The notes beneath the pieces are model-generated. The model was given only the letters and a program-made list of their open reading frames with translations. It ran no database searches and was not told the DNA's origin. From Squalus acanthias (lineage: Eukaryota), in contig CM059431.1 in assembly GCA_030390025.1 (NCBI GenBank), positions 123,630,001-123,694,000 on the forward strand: a stretch of 64,000 nt of DNA, read 5' to 3'. Below are positions 13,540 through 27,380 of the stretch, piece by piece. Position 1 is the stretch's first letter. Each line of letters starts with the position of its first letter. Position numbers and translations under genes: made by a program.

Positions 13540-16500
13540 ATGATGTATTCTTACACTTAACAGCTGCAAATGTGCTTTAAAAACTCCCATCTCATAGGTG
13601 TTCACTTTCCAAGCTTAGAAGTTGTTGCGTACTGCATTTGGACGACAGATTGAGCTTTATGCAAGTTGCAAGTGTTTGGAGCAAACTTTGTATCCAGTGT
13701 CACCTCATTGGAACAACCTCTCTCACCATTGACAGATCGCTTCTGTCATCTCAACTTCACCTGCCATCTATTCCGTCTGCATCGGTGCCCTTGAACCTAT
13801 CTCACCTTGATCCTCAGAATCCCATCACAATCAGCCCCAATACCAGCATCACCAGGCACACCAGCAGCACCAACAACAACACCAACCTTCTTCGCAATCA
13901 ATTGGTGTTGCACAAGACACAGGGCATCAGCATCCGACCACATTGCTGCCCGGGAGGCCAGGGATGGCTTCACCATGGCCAGATTTACTTCACTTGATGC
14001 TGTACGCCCTGGCTGCCACATGATGCACCAGATTGGCACCACATCACACCAACACTATAAAGCTTCCCTACAATGCCCTTAGTGTATGTCTTCCATGTGC
14101 CTTTGCCTGCCCTAATGCTCCTACGAAGTGCTACCGCAGTTGCTGAAGCATGGCTGGTGGAAGGCTGCTGATTTTCAGTGAGGCGAGACTGCAGATGGCC
14201 TTGCAGGATGACCTCGAGCAGCTCTGGGCCTAGAAGGCCCAGCTGTAGACTGCACCACCTCAGCATGGGTGGCAGCAGTCTGGGCTGGCTGGCTGACAGG
14301 CAAAAGCAAGGGCACTGATGGAGTGGCAGTGGTAGTACTATGAATGCTGTCATCCTGAGAGAGGACAGTAGGTTCGTGTTCCACAGAACCACAGGCACTC
14401 CCCTGGGACAGTGCCTCAGCAATCCTAGTAATCTGTCGGAGCACAGATTGCTGGACTGCTGTGACACCATGCATGCCCCTTTCCACACTGGTAAACACAG
14501 CCACGATGGCAGCATAGAATCATATAATCATAGAATGGTTACAGCACAGAAGGAGGCCATTCGGCCCATCGAGGCTGTGCCGGCTCTCTGCAAGAACACT
14601 TCAGCAAGTCCCACTCCCCTGCCCTTTCCCTGTAGCCCTGCAATTTTTTTTCCTTCAGGTAGTTATCCAATTCCCTTTTGAAAGCCACGATTGAATCTGC
14701 CTCCACCACCCTTTCAAGCAGTGCATTCCAGATCCTAACCACTCTCTGCGTAAAAAAGGTTTTTCCTCATGTCACCTTTGGTTATTCTGCCAAACACCTT
14801 AAATCTGTGTCCTCTGGTTATCGACCATTCCGCCAATGGAAACAGTTTCTCTCTATCTACTCTGTCTAGACCCCTCATGATTTTGACCACCTCTATCAAA
14901 TCTCCTCTCAGCCTTCTTTGCTCTAAGGAGAACAACCCCAGTTTCTCCAGTCTATCCACGTAACTGAAGTCCCTCATTTCTGGAACCATTCATGTAAATC
15001 TTTTCTACACCCTCTCTAAGGCCTTCACATCCTTCTTAAAATGCAGTGCCCAGAATTGGACACAATACTCCAGTTGAGGCCGGACCATGTTTTATAAAGG
15101 TTCATCATAACTTCCTTGCTTTTGTACTCTATGCCCAGGATCTCGTATGCTTTGTTAACCATTTTCTCAACCTGCCCTGCCACCTTAAACGATTTGTGCA
15201 CATATACCCCTAGGTCTCTCTGTTCATGTACCCACTTTAGAATTGTACCCTTTAGTTTATATTGCCTCTCCTCATTCTTCCTACCAAAATGTATCACTTT
15301 GCACTTTTCTGCATTAAATTTCATCTGCCACGTGTCCGCCCATTCCACCAGCCTCTCTATGTTTTCATGAAGTCTATCACTATCCTCCTCACTGTTCACT
15401 ATACTTCCAAGTATTGTGTCATCTGCAAATTTTGAAATTTTACCTTGTACACCCAAGTCCAAGTCTTTGATATATATCAATAAAAGCAGTGGTCCTAGTA
15501 CTGACCCCTGGGGAACACCACTGTGTACCTTCCTCCAGTCCGAAAAACAACCGTTCACCACTACTCTCTGTTTCCTGTCACTTAGCCAATTTTGTATCCA
15601 TGTTGCCCCTGTCCCTTTTATTCCATGGGCTTCAACTTTGCTGGCAAGCCTATTATGTGGCACTTTATCAAAAGCTGCAATCTGAGCTTGCGTCGCTTCA
15701 AGCTGAGCTTGCAAGAGAGCAGTTTGAGCTTGCGTGGCAGCAAGCTGAGATTGCATGACAGGAGTCTAAGCTTCCAGTGCAGCACTCAGACATTGGATCG
15801 CTTCCGCTTGTGCTGCAATGGAAGGGGAGACATCACCCATCAGACCCTGCATGGGTCCACAAGTGCTCTAATGGAGTTGCCCATCACTTCCATCCTGGAA
15901 ATCATCGGCTCCAAGCTATTTGCAAAGCACTGTGCACGTTTGGAGCCGGACTCCTCCATGCTCCTTGACAGTGACCACAGGCTCTCTCTGGCAGGCCTGC
16001 CAATGCACCAAGCATTTCTGTGTACATGCTCATCACCCTTCTTCAGAAGGCCACCCCATAGAAGTCCTCAACTGAGTCCTCTGCAGCAGAACTTGTGTGC
16101 AACCTCACCCTCCGGTGAGCTGGCACCTGCGTTACCCTTTCCCCCTGCCCATGCTGCAGGCCACTCATGGCTGGTGACTCACCACGTGCAGATCTCGCCT
16201 CTATCCTACCCTCTAAAGTACGGGCAGTGCCCGTTTCTGAGCTGGTGCCTGCGAGTGTCAGATCGAGTGACGGCGTCTCTTCTCCATCTCTCTCTTGTTC
16301 TTCCTGCACTGGCTCGGTAGCTTGGGTATCTGAAAGGAGAACAGCACAAGGGTAGGGTTGTGGTGAGGGGAGGGGGTGAAAGCAAGATGTGCATGCTTAC
16401 AGCATCAGCAGCTTGTAAGTGAGAAGAGATTGTGGGATGAGGGGGAAGTGGGAAGTGAGCAGGAGGATTAGGTATGAGCATATCGTCATCATCAAAGATT

Positions 16501-17080
16501 TCAGACTCGCCGATCGCCACGGCCTCAGTGATGGCCCCTCCAATGATTTCAAGCAGTCTCCTCCAGCTGGGTGAGGTCATGCAGGTGTGTCTGTTCCCTG
16601 ATGGTTAGCTGTTGCTGTCTCCTGTTCAGGGAAGTGTGTCAGTAAGTGTGGTACAATGTGTTTGGGTGATGTGCCTGTCATGATTGAATAGCTGACATTG
16701 TGTGCAAGGTGTGAGGCTTGCAGCAGTGGTAAGTGTGTGAGAACCTAGATGCCCTTTCTCTGCCCTACTGAGCCATAGCTACCTTACAGTTGCCCTGACA
16801 AGAATGACAATGAGGTGCTTATTTCAGAAAGCACCTCCCCTTTAAGAAGTGCAGACAGCGTTTCAAACTGCAGCCTAGCTTTAAATATAGATCACTTCCC
16901 ATGAACTTCGGCCTCCTGCTGAGTGCTCAGCCAGTCAGCAGCTCGCTCAGCGCACCAATCATGTTAATTAGCAGGCAGCACGAATGTCACGTACTGCCTG
17001 CGTTACTTTCACCAGGCGTAGGCAGATCGCGCATCACGACCCCCCCTGCCCATTTTCGGGCTTCATCAAATTTTTAGCCC
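13540..17080. mobile_element. Decayed Harbinger element (internally deleted; remnants of the Myb/SANT-partner gene on the minus strand) split by a CR1 insertion
   Basis: 14050-14510 is homologous to 55780-56190; 15680-16600 minus resembles the acidic/coiled-coil exons of other copies; right end aaatttttagccc. Left boundary uncertain. Confidence 0.55.
14513..15674 (-). mobile_element. CR1 LINE fragment: RT domain to 3' tail
   Basis: AFDKVPH..SGVPQGSVLGP..KFADDT..WQMKFNAEKCKV..LRGDLIEV; (ATTCTATG)n-type tail at 14513-14535. Confidence 0.92.
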
Positions 17081-18499
17081 TAGATGCTTGCACTCACTCA
17101 CAAAACAATGACTGGGGCATGAAAATTTGATGTGCTAATGACAAAGAAAATGGGATGTCATTAAACTGGAATGTCTACACGTGAAAGATAAACAGACAGA
17201 TGAAAATTATTTGAATGGGACCCAGGTTGAATGGAAAATATATGAATCAGATTATACAAGTATCAGAACAATATGCACAGAAAGGTTTTATAGATCACTG
17301 GCATTGGAAAACTGGATTGAAGATTAATCAGATGGGTTTATGTGGCACAGTGAGGCTTGACAGACATGAAATGCCTAAAGATCAATTTGGTATCATGAAA
17401 CGACTAATATAGGGATATACATCTTTAATTCAGCATGTTCAACATGATTTGACATTGAGTGCTTGGCAAGACATGGAAAAGCTTTCAATGTTGTCATCCA
17501 TATATGTAACCAGAATATCACAAAACTACTGAGGAGTAAACAGGGTTTTGCAAATATCAGGAGGTAGTAAAGCCTCCAGCTATGGGTGAGTAAAACAAGC
17601 ATATGTCTGGAGTAGACACAAGAGATCAGTATCTGAGTTATCAGTATCAACATAAGTCTGACAAGTCCTATCACATGATGCTTCATGCATGAAGAAGCAC
17701 TGGCCAATACCTATTTATGCAACAAACAGACACAAGATGCAAACATAACATCAAAGGCAATTAAGCAAATAGTGGAAGACAGACTGTTGGAGGAAAGTGA
17801 TACCACCTGAGAAAGGTTATGGCACCGCAGATGACTGAGCAGAGAATAACAGAAACGCATGACCAGATGCGTTTCTAAGAAAGACGCTTTGCTTAGCAAT
17901 ATTTCAACGTGGTTTCAGTCAATGTTGAGGTTGATTTTCCCCTGCATTGTGTTCCATGTGTGCCTATTTCTGGGGCGCAATGCAGAGGTAAGAGGGGTTG
18001 AAACCCTGTTATGCTCGGTCTCTGCCCCATTTGCACTTCCTCCTCTTTTCTGGTCACGATCAGGAAGGGACTGCTGCATTGCTCCAGAAATAGGCACTGT
18101 TCTTTAAATTGTATTTCAACGTGGCAGAAGTGACATTAGTGTAGCCTGCAAGCCAGGTTTTTTTTCTCCGCTGGTCACAGGTCACGTGCAGGCTTTCCCC
18201 ACTTATACAGAGCATTCATTTCCTTCATGCTACATTTTAAATGCTGAAATATTTAAAGAGGCATGCCGCCATTGGAATAGAGAATGAGGACTCAATTTGT
18301 CCATCAAGGTGAGAAAACTTGTAAAGTTTGGTGTTGCAAGGTGAGCTGAAACTTCCAAGAACACCTGGCGAGTTAGGAGTCTCATTTGGCAGTCCCTTAT
18401 ACATGTGCTACTTTGAGGGAAAAGGAAGAAGGAGCACGTTTGGATGCCAGGAAACCCAGGCTTCATCGTAGGAGGAGGGCACCTATCTCGGCATTACCT

Positions 18500-19950
18500 T
18501 GTCAACTAAATATACCAGATTCATAGGAACGTTATCAAACTCACAGAACAGCAATGCCTTTGGGGATTTTGATTCACAAGGGAAGCAGTTTTAGAGCTGT
18601 GTAATATGTTGCAGGAGGACCTGCAGGCACACTGCAGAGTTTGCACAGTGACAACTGCCCCAAACTTTTTTGTCTCATGCTCATTCCAGGGGCCAGTAAG
18701 GACAACAACAGCATAAATCAGTTTGCCATGCATTGATGCACAAAACAGATGACTAATGCCTTGTTTACCAGAGGAAACAACTATATCACTTTCCCCACAG
18801 ATCCCAGGGAGTGACAGGCAAGGTTTCCATTGAATCACATATTTGCAAAAGTTCAGGGAGTCAATAATGACATGCATATAGCCCTTCATGCTCCACGAAC
18901 ACAGCAGTCCACCATACATGAACTGCAAGGACCATCTGCACTGGATATTACACGTCAATGCCTGAACCCAGGCAGCAGTCATGATTCACTCATTTTACAC
19001 CAGCCTACCTGATACCAGCAAGTTAAGGGCTGGAAACTGGACAATGAAGAACACTCACTGCTACCTTGGCTTATGGCCCCTGTGCGGAATAACTGCCCAT
19101 GAACCAAGCACAGATACAATGGCCCTGAAATTCGCCCCTCCGGCTTGCCGCGGGGGTAAGGATCGCGCGCGCACTTACCTACCGCGCCTGCCGTTGACCT
19201 CTCGGCCCACGGGAACTTCAGCTTCTGGGCCTGCTCCAAGTGCCAGCGTGCAGTGCTTGTGTGTCCCAGGGGCGTAGTTAGTGCGATGCGTCCCCTGGGA
19301 ACACGTGGGCCATGGAGAGCCAATGGCAGCAGACCATCTTTCATTCATAGACTTGACAGGAAGAGCTGTCAAATCTGTGAATTAAAATCGGCCCCAAAAG
19401 AACAGCTAAACTTCAAATAAATTTTTTTAAAAACCATCACATTTATAAAATAACTATAAGTTAAATAAATTAACTACTTTAAACAAACATTAAAATTTTT
19501 GAAAAAATTAAAATACTTTTTAACAGTGCTAAAAATAAACTTACCTTTCTTTAAAGTATCTAAAAAAGATAAACCTGTTGAAAAAATTTTTAAATTATAA
19601 TTAATTAAGCACTTACCTTGTTGAAAACGGGTCCTGCGCCTCCTTTTTAGAAGCGCAGGTTCTTCAATACTTACCCTCGCGTAGAAACCTGAAAAAAAAG
19701 CCTAAGTTTGCTGCGTGCGCGCAGCCTCTACCGCGCACGCAGTTCACCTCTGAACCGCTCCCTTCACGAGACCGGAAGTTCTGGTTTCCCGCGCACGCGC
19801 AGTGCATGCAGGAAACCGGCACTTCAGGACGCCTTACGGGTGAGTGCACAGCGCGTACTCACCCGGCAAGGGCTGAATTTTTGGCCCAATGAGTCGCATT
19901 AGAACCCTAGTCATGTGGGTTCTGGGCTCCTCCACACTTGCTGCAATGTA
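18500..19950 (+). pseudogene. Highly decayed Harbinger (HARBI1-like) transposase, interrupted by a MITE
   Basis: Remnants VQGVN..HIALHAP, PGSSHDSLIL, WLMAP; flanks of the MITE rejoin as AGA TAC AAT GAG TCG CAT = RYNESH, the motif in the better-preserved copies. Confidence 0.65.
19121..19887. mobile_element. Harbinger-type MITE, copy 1 (~770 bp)
   Basis: Imperfect TIRs ggccctgaaattc / gaatttttggccc; 3-bp TSD AAT; close paralog at 32348-33108. Confidence 0.85.
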
Positions 19951-20389
19951 CTGGAGACAAGTCCCCTAATGGCTCCAACAAAATTCTTTTAAAAGCTGAG
20001 ACCTATTGATCAGGGTGCCTGCCCTCCCCAGATGTGGATAGAGATGATGATCCAAATCTTCAGGGTGGATGTCTATGTGCTGATGCTCACTAGAGCATAA
20101 CTGAATGATAGAATGCCAGGTGAAGTGCTCGGTAAATCTTGGTGTGAGGGCGCCACAACATCTTCTGCCATACCAACATCACTCCTCACACCAACGTACC
20201 TTGCCTTAGCACCCATCCCTCTCTGGCTATACACTTCCTCACATTCCCATCTGACCATCTACCACTGACATTCACCCTCATTTTAATGCAATGTCACGCC
20301 TCTCCCTCACCCGCAACAGATGTTGTCCATCCATCTGTTCCACTCATTCCATGACTCCCACTTAAAGGTCTCTTGTTTTCCTCTTTGCA

Positions 20390-21650
20390 GGAGAAAAGAG
20401 CACAGAACACCAGGGAGAGGCAGAGCACCGGAGTCATCGCCACACTCACAGCTGCAGAGGAGGATGCACTTGAGATAAGCGGAGTGTTGGCATGCCTGGC
20501 GGTGGGAGATGGAGAGATGGGGACCTCCCAGCTACCTGGTGACAGAATTAAATCTCACACAGCCACATGGCATACAACAGTCACTCATGTTGACTTGATG
20601 TCAGCAGCCAGTGAAATATGATCATGTGTATAATGTTAACTTAAAACATTCTTACCATGGCAGTTCTAATTCATGTCTTTAATCTCCCACAGACCCATCA
20701 TTTCTTTCTATCAAGTGTTCCACAGGAGGTGGTGTCAGAGGAAGTCGCTAACTCTGAGGGTGCACCATCACAGAACGCATGCCCACCATGCACCAGTGTA
20801 GATACACACACGTCGTTGGGAGCAGCAAGATAGATAGTTGTGTTGTCACCTGGTGTCTTAGACATCGCTTGTGAGCAGGAGCAGATGGTGGGGATAGGGA
20901 CAGCAGTGGCAAGTCCTCGTTGGAGGGCGCAGGATGCTCCAAGCTCTGCTCAGTTGGACGCAGATGCTGAATCGTGGGGGCAGTCGACAAAGAGGATGAT
21001 TCTGGAGCAGCAGCAAAAGATGTGTGAGGATCTGGCAGGATTTCCAGCTGCACTGTGCACGCTTGCAGAGAGAACGGAGGAGTCCATCTCAAGCATGAGT
21101 GGCATGATGTTGCAGGCTTTAGCTGTGCTGTGTCCATCCATGGAAAGAGTGGCCACCTGCATAGAGCATCAAATGCAGCAGTCAAACAAGTGCACGCTTG
21201 CCCACACCAAAGGCTTGCACACAGAATGCCACCTTCTCTAGGATAGATCAAAACCTAGCCTTGACTGTTCAGGGCCCCACTGATCTGCAGCAATGTGCTC
21301 TCTAGCTCATTGCTACCAGGGAAGTGTAGGTGGGCCATTAGAGAGAAGGTGGAGAATGGGGATATAGAAGTGGGGAGTCCACCCAAAGTGCTTCCACTTC
21401 TCACCTGCTAACCCCTTCCCCCGCAGGCAGTGGCCCACATGCTGCCTCGTGTCCTGATGGCCGAGTCTGCCCTTGCACAGGTTCAGGTGGAGCAGGCTTT
21501 GGTGGGGCCCTCACGGGCTCCAAAACCCAGAGGACATCGCCAAGAGCATCTCAGCAGTCAGAGCAGGAATGTGAGCAGCCTCTACCTCTGCTGAAGCCAC
21601 AGAGGTTGCACAACATAGGAGTTGTAGGAAAAGGAAGATGAAAGATTAGT
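20390..21650 (+). pseudogene. Harbinger Myb/SANT-partner gene remnant (exons 2-3)
   Basis: ttgcag|EKRAQNTRERQSTG..LTAAEEDALEI; later exon with ..ILEQQQKMCEDL..; convergent with the transposase at 21960-23161. Confidence 0.6.
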
Positions 21651-21959
21651 AGTTGCACAAGCATATGCACATGGGTGTGTTAGACATGCTACAATGATAA
21701 GTTAATGTATAAGTATTGAACCACATATAAATTTATTTCTTTGCACCACTTTCCAGTTTTGCCCATTTGTACCTGCAGCCTGCCAACTGGCCTTCTCAGT
21801 TTTGATGAATGGTAAGACAAGACTTAAATCTGAGCAATGGGTGTCTGTGAAAGGGATGCTTTGTTGCTTGCAGGACTGCTTTGTGCTGGGGGGTAAGTGG
21901 GGGGCAAGTGGGTCCAGCATGTGGCTGCCAGATGGGTACAGTGGTGCAACCTAACTAAG

Positions 21960-23161
21960 TCTTGCCATGATGAGTCCATCCCGGACAGCAATGTGTGCCG
22001 CTGCTGGTGCCATGGCCACATGATGTTCTTCCTCCTCCTCCTCCTCATCTTCCTTCTCTGAAGAGGTAATGTGCTCTGTGCCTTGCTCCTCCTGCAGCTC
22101 CAATCCTCGCTGCTGTGTTGTGCAGAGCGCAACAAACCCACGCTCATTCTGGGACCTTGGCTAGTGCATATTGAAGGGAACCTCCAGATGTGTCGAGGCA
22201 CCTGAAGCGCATCTTCAGCATCCCGATTGCTTACTCCATCACACATCTCGTCGTCATATGGCTTTGATTGTTTGATTGTAGCGTTCTTGGGCCTCATTGC
22301 TTGGGCTCCTCACGGGTGTCATCAGCCACGTTTTAAGTGGATAGCTCTTTGTCTCCAAGCAGCCAGCTGATAAGTCTGTTTGGAGGTCAGGGAGGGTGAA
22401 CTGGCGCATGACAAATGCATCATGGCAGCTCCTTGGGAATCTTACACACACCTGCATAATTCTCTTTTTTGTGGTTGCAGATGAGCTGCACATTGATGGA
22501 GTGGAAGCCCTTACAGCTCATCAACACGCCTGAGAGATCTGGAGGTGCCTTGATTGTGTGCAGTCGATGACACCCTGCACCTGTGTGAAGCCAGCCAGAG
22601 TCGAAAACCCGAGCGCACGCTCACTCTGACTGGCTTCATTGGTGGCAAGGTGCACATAATTGCCTGCCCTGGCCAACATGGCATCGGTCACCTGTGTGAT
22701 GCATTTGTGGGCGGCTGACTGCACTATCCTGCAAATGTCTCCTGCAGCTCCTGGAAGGAGCCTGAGGCAAATATGTTGAGGGCAGTGGTCACTTTGACAG
22801 CCATTGGTAAAGCGTGGCCACCAGGTCCAGTTGGCAGCAGGTCATGTTCCAGCAGGATGCACATGTCTGCCACGACCTGACGCGATAGCCTGAGCCTCCT
22901 GAGGCACTGCTGGTCAGACATGTCAAGGAAACTGATCCTCAACCTATATACTCTGTGTTGCCGGTATCACATCCTGTGAACTGCACCTCTGTGCTCATTC
23001 CCTCTCTCCTGTGGAGCGGCAGGTCTGTGAGGAGAAGGCTGCTGTTGCTCCTGCTGGTGTTGTTGCTGCTGCGGGTCCTCCTGCTGCTGGTGCTGTTGAT
23101 GCTGGTGCTCATCTTGGTCCTCATCTGCGGTCAAAGGTGAAACAGCATAAGTGGCGCCCAT
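21960..23161 (-). pseudogene. Harbinger transposase (HARBI1-like DDE) pseudogene
   Basis: Frameshifted pieces: CLRRLRLSR..VKVTTALNIFASGSFQ, VQGVIDCT, FPRSCHDAFV, YPLKTWLMTP..RYN. Confidence 0.85.
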
Positions 23162-23611
23162 GCTGATATGATATATGACAGATGTAACGTGGAGATCAGA
23201 TGTATTATCCTCCAATGTAGTGAGAGTGACCTCCAATGTAGTGAAAGCCACCTCCAAAGTTGTAGAAATCACCTGCAAAGTACCTGAAAGCAAATTCTCA
23301 GAACAAGTGCTGTGAGCAAAAGCCTTTCACTTAGGCAAGGAAGCAGATGTGAGGTCTCAGTACTGTTACGATTTTTTTGCCTGTCATTTCTTCAGCCCCC
23401 TCAATTGCCACTGTGCTCTCATCTTGCTTTCATTGGCGAGGTCCAGGAAACCCGTGCACCCACAGTGAAAGTTGAACACTCCTGTTAAAAAAGCTGTTAA
23501 CTATATCTTAATAGCTTTCAACTGGTAACCCGCCTCTCCAGAGGGGGTTTCTCGCAAGCAGCCGAACGCGCTCGAGTGAAATGCGGAAGTCAGCGGATTG
23601 GAGCTGGCTTC

Positions 23612-24083
23612 TCAGCTGTGGCTCAATGGTTAGCACACTCGCCTCTAAGTCAGAAGGTTGTGGGTTCAAGTCCCACTCCAGGGACTTGAGCACATAAAGC
23701 TAGGCTGACACTCCAGTGCAGTGCTGAGGGAGTGCTGCACTGTTGGAGGTGCTGTCTTTCGGATGAGACGTTAAACTGAGGCCTCGTCTGCTCTCTCAGG
23801 TAGACATAAAGGATCCCATGGCATATTTCGAAGAAGATCAGGGGAGTTAAAACCGGTGTCCTGGCCAATACTTATCCCTCAACCAACATATAACAAAAAC
23901 AGATTATCTGGTCATTATCACATTGCTGTTTGTGGGAGCTTGCTGTGCGCAAATTGGCTGCCGTGTTTCCCACATTACAACAGTGACTCCACTTCAAAAG
24001 TAGTTCATTGGCTGTAAAGTGCTTTGAGATGTCCGGTGGTCGTGAAAAGTGCTATATAAATGCAAGTCTTTCTTTCTTTCTTT
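23612..24083 (+). mobile_element. tRNA-derived Deu-SINE, well-preserved copy
   Basis: tggctcaatgg A box, ggttcaagtcc B box, Deu-like core, (tctt)n tail; paralog of 12760-13210. Confidence 0.85.
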
Positions 24084-25054
24084 CCCGATGTGCTGTCAAT
24101 TTAAGCGCATTTAACCACCTACCCGCTTCCAAACTCACTGATGCTTTGCTGTTAAAATTCCGGTCCATATCTCCAACACTGTCTGTTTGTGAGTCTTCTC
24201 CATTTACACTGTTTTTTGTTTGCTTCTCCCTCTTTATTAACACCAATACAAATACTATTATTTTTCCATGCATCACTGCTTTTAAGGCTTCCCATAGTGG
24301 CACACCTGAGTCTTCCTGCAGGAAATCTGCTGCTAATTATGTTTTCCATCATTTTTATGATCATGACCTTGAATTAACAAGTCATTGAAACACTCACAAC
24401 ATCTTCACACTGATTGATACTGGGTCATGATCTGATATCTTCAGTGACTCAATGTTGGAGTGTTCTGTAGCTTAAGTGCCCAAGATGTAATCTATCAGTG
24501 AATATTTGTGGCACATTGAAAGACAGGAGTAATCTCTGCCCTTTGAGTACAGGAAGGAACAAATATCTGATAACCCAATATTACTGCAATAATCTCCAAA
24601 AAGGTCGCCTGTTGATTGTGAACTATATAGGGATCAGTTAATTGATGAAATCTAATAAAGCAAAATATAACTGTGAGGCCCAATTCTCGGCTTTGCTACT
24701 GAGCGGGAATGGGGGGTAGCCAGATGAAAATTATGGCACAGCACTTACAGGGCCATTTGCACCAAAGTCTGGCCCACTGGCATTATGGTGAGGTCCTTGC
24801 TATGGGCAACTCGGGAACTTGTTGAAAACAGGTAGGCACCTCGTTAGCTCAAGGAAACTGGGGTCCTATAACATCAATAGGGCCCTGATACAATTTTCAG
24901 GTAGCGATGGGATAAGTGTTTCCGCCCATTGGTATTTGTTTAGAACGCCCTACCTAGCATTACTAAAAGGCACGTCTGCTGAATGCTCTGGAAAAGTTAA
25001 GCTAAAGGTTTTGAAATTATTTTGATAGGGTTCATGCTCTTCCTGGCCCAGAGA

Positions 25055-25533
25055 ATTTTTTTTTTAATTCATTCATGGGAGGTGGGCATTGCTGGCAAGG
25101 CCAGCATTTATTGCCCATCCCTAATTGCCTTTGAGAAGGTGGTGGTGAGCCGCCTTCTTGAACTGCCACAGTCCATGTGGCTTATTATTGTGTTTCGTAG
25201 CGGTTTGTTACAACTGAGTGACTTGCTAGGCCATTTCAGAGGGCAGTTAAGAGTCAACCACATTGCTGCGGGTCTGGAGTCACACATAGGCCAGACCAGG
25301 TAAGGATGGCAGATTTCCTTCCCTAAAGGACATTGGTGAACCAGATGGGTTTTTACGACAATCCGATAGTTTCATGGTTCCCATTTACTGATATTAGCTT
25401 TTTATTCCAGATTTATTTAATTAACTGAATTTAAATTCCCCAGCTGCCGTGGTGGGATTTGAACTCACGTCTTTGGATCATTAGTCCAGGCCTCTGGATT
25501 ACTAGCCCAGTAATATTACCACTATGCTACCGT
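25055..25533 (-). mobile_element. tRNA-derived SINE (second family)
   Basis: Minus strand begins GGTAGCATAGTGG (A box) ..GAGTTCAAATCCC (B box) and ends in (atga)n / A-rich tail. Confidence 0.6.
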
Positions 25534-26362
25534 TCCCTTAAGTTAACCCCCTCAATGCCTGATCCTTCGCTGCCCACTCCAGGGAGCACCTCCCCCTCCC
25601 CTGTTTTAATTTACCGGGACCTACTAGGCTCTGCGAAGGAGTCACCGAATTTTTGGGCCCCTTCAATCGATGAGCCGCTTGAAATGTGCAAACAGTTTGC
25701 CAATCAAAGGGTAATGAGGCATAGCCATGAAAAGTGGTGGTTTCAAGCGGTTGTCAGGGGCTCCATCCACTGCTGGCCCAATGTCCACTGAAAACAAAAA
25801 ATCGGCCCTGTGATATTTTAAACTACACGCATTGTTCAAATTGTGCATCTGAAGGCTGACATTGAAACATAGAAAAGAAGTGCAGGAAATGTGACTGAAG
25901 CTGACTTTGGACGAAAAAGACAACTCTCCCATTGATTTAGCTTACTAAAAATCTAAAAATGTATTTGAATACAGCAGGATTAACAAGTTAAGGAATATTC
26001 ATTTGATCTTCTTTCTGAATGAACCCTGCCTAAGAGGTTTGATTCCCTTATTATTCTCTCACAGCAGTCCACAGAGGAAGAGGTAATAGATAATGTCAAA
26101 TTTCTCAAACGCTTACAGTTCTACCACAGATTAAAAATTGAAAGACAACAGCAAATATCTCAGTAGCTTAAACTTTCCCATCGATCAGAAGGACCTTTCT
26201 GGTTTTTTTTACAAGAATCTCTTCAGGTTGTTATTTCTTCCACAATGTTGTTTTGATTAGAATAAATTCAAGATCTCTGAGATCAGTGCTATGTCTGCAA
26301 CTACCAGCAGTGCATAAATGTGCACTTATCTTCAAGCCTCATCCAGAAAAAAAAGGCCATAC

Positions 26363-26464
26363 CTGTGGTGCGGTTCTGTGCTCCACTTGCCTGCGGGTAT
26401 CCAGTACCATTGGTGCTAAATTCAGCAGAGAATATGGATATTTGAGTTCCTGCAACAATGGCTG
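26363..26464 (-). other. Candidate host exon (102 nt), gene unidentified
   Basis: Minus strand: ctctgacttctctctgtccag acceptor and CAG|gtatg donor; open frame AIVAGTQISIFSAEFSTNGTGYPQASGAQNRTT. No homology recognised. Confidence 0.25.
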
Positions 26465-26667
26465 CTGGACAGAGAGAAGTCAGAGTTCTCCAAATTGGAG
26501 CTAAAGGGGCAGAAATTCATCCTGGGTGGCAGTGCAAAGTCGGCGGAATCGCATGGGCCGCCTCTTACATGCTCCGCCCGATATTCAGTTCCATTAAAGT
26601 CAATGGAACGGAATAGCGGGCAGGATGTATAAGGGATGGACCATATGGTACCACCTGACTTGCGCTA

Positions 26668-27040
26668 CAACAACAACAACTTGTACTTATATAGCACCTT
26701 TTAACGTAGTAAAACGTCCCAAGGCACTTCACAGGAGTATTAAACGACAAAAAATTTGACACCGAGCCACATAAGGAGAAATTAGGGCAGGTGACCAAAA
26801 GCTTGGCCAAAGAGATAGGTTTTAAGGAGCATCATTAAGGAGCAAAGAGAGGTAGCGAGGCGGAGAGGTTTAGGCAGGGATTTCCAGAGCTTAGGGCCCA
26901 GGCAACAGAAGGCACGGCCACCAATGGTTGAGCGATTATAATCAGGGATGCTCAAGAGGCCAGAAATAGAGGAGGTCAGATATCTCGGGGGGTTGTGGGG
27001 CTGAAGGAGATTACAGACATAGGGAGGGGCGAGGCCATGG
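26668..27040 (-). mobile_element. L2 LINE 3' end, inserted in a short TIR element (26505-27063)
   Basis: GLAPPY..GGRAFCCLGPKLWKSLP..LKTYLF (L2 ORF2 C-terminus), (TTG)n tail; host element ends ggggcagaaattc / gaattactgcccc. Confidence 0.8.
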
Positions 27041-27380
27041 CACCCAATAGGAATTACTGCCCCAAAATCTGTAGGAATTTTATGCCAGAGCACACTTATT
27101 AAAGTTCAACTTGTACAATCACTTCCATCAGTACTGCTCTCCACCGCTCTGCTATTAAAGACTCCAGTCATTGCTTCTCCTCACTTTAAACTGGAGTGAA
27201 GCAACTGCAGTACAATTTACAAGATGAGCAGCATTACAAACACAGAAGGCAGAGGGCTGAAAGGAAGCCCAGGTTGCATTGGACACTGTGACAGTCTGTG
27301 GCATCTGGAACAACTGATCTATCTATCTATCATCTCAGGAGCAAATACTTCAATATGACTGCACTGCCCTGCATGCAATG

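Noticed and set aside
15025..15756. 243-aa ORF with coiled-coil N-terminus fused to RT
   Set aside because: Chance in-frame junction between a Harbinger remnant and a 5'-truncated CR1.
17859..18260. Possible coding exon in unique sequence
   Set aside because: No frame with credible splice sites or recognisable homology.
23612..23690. tRNA genes at SINE heads (also 12760, 25533)
   Set aside because: A/B boxes run directly into SINE bodies; no proper cloverleaf.
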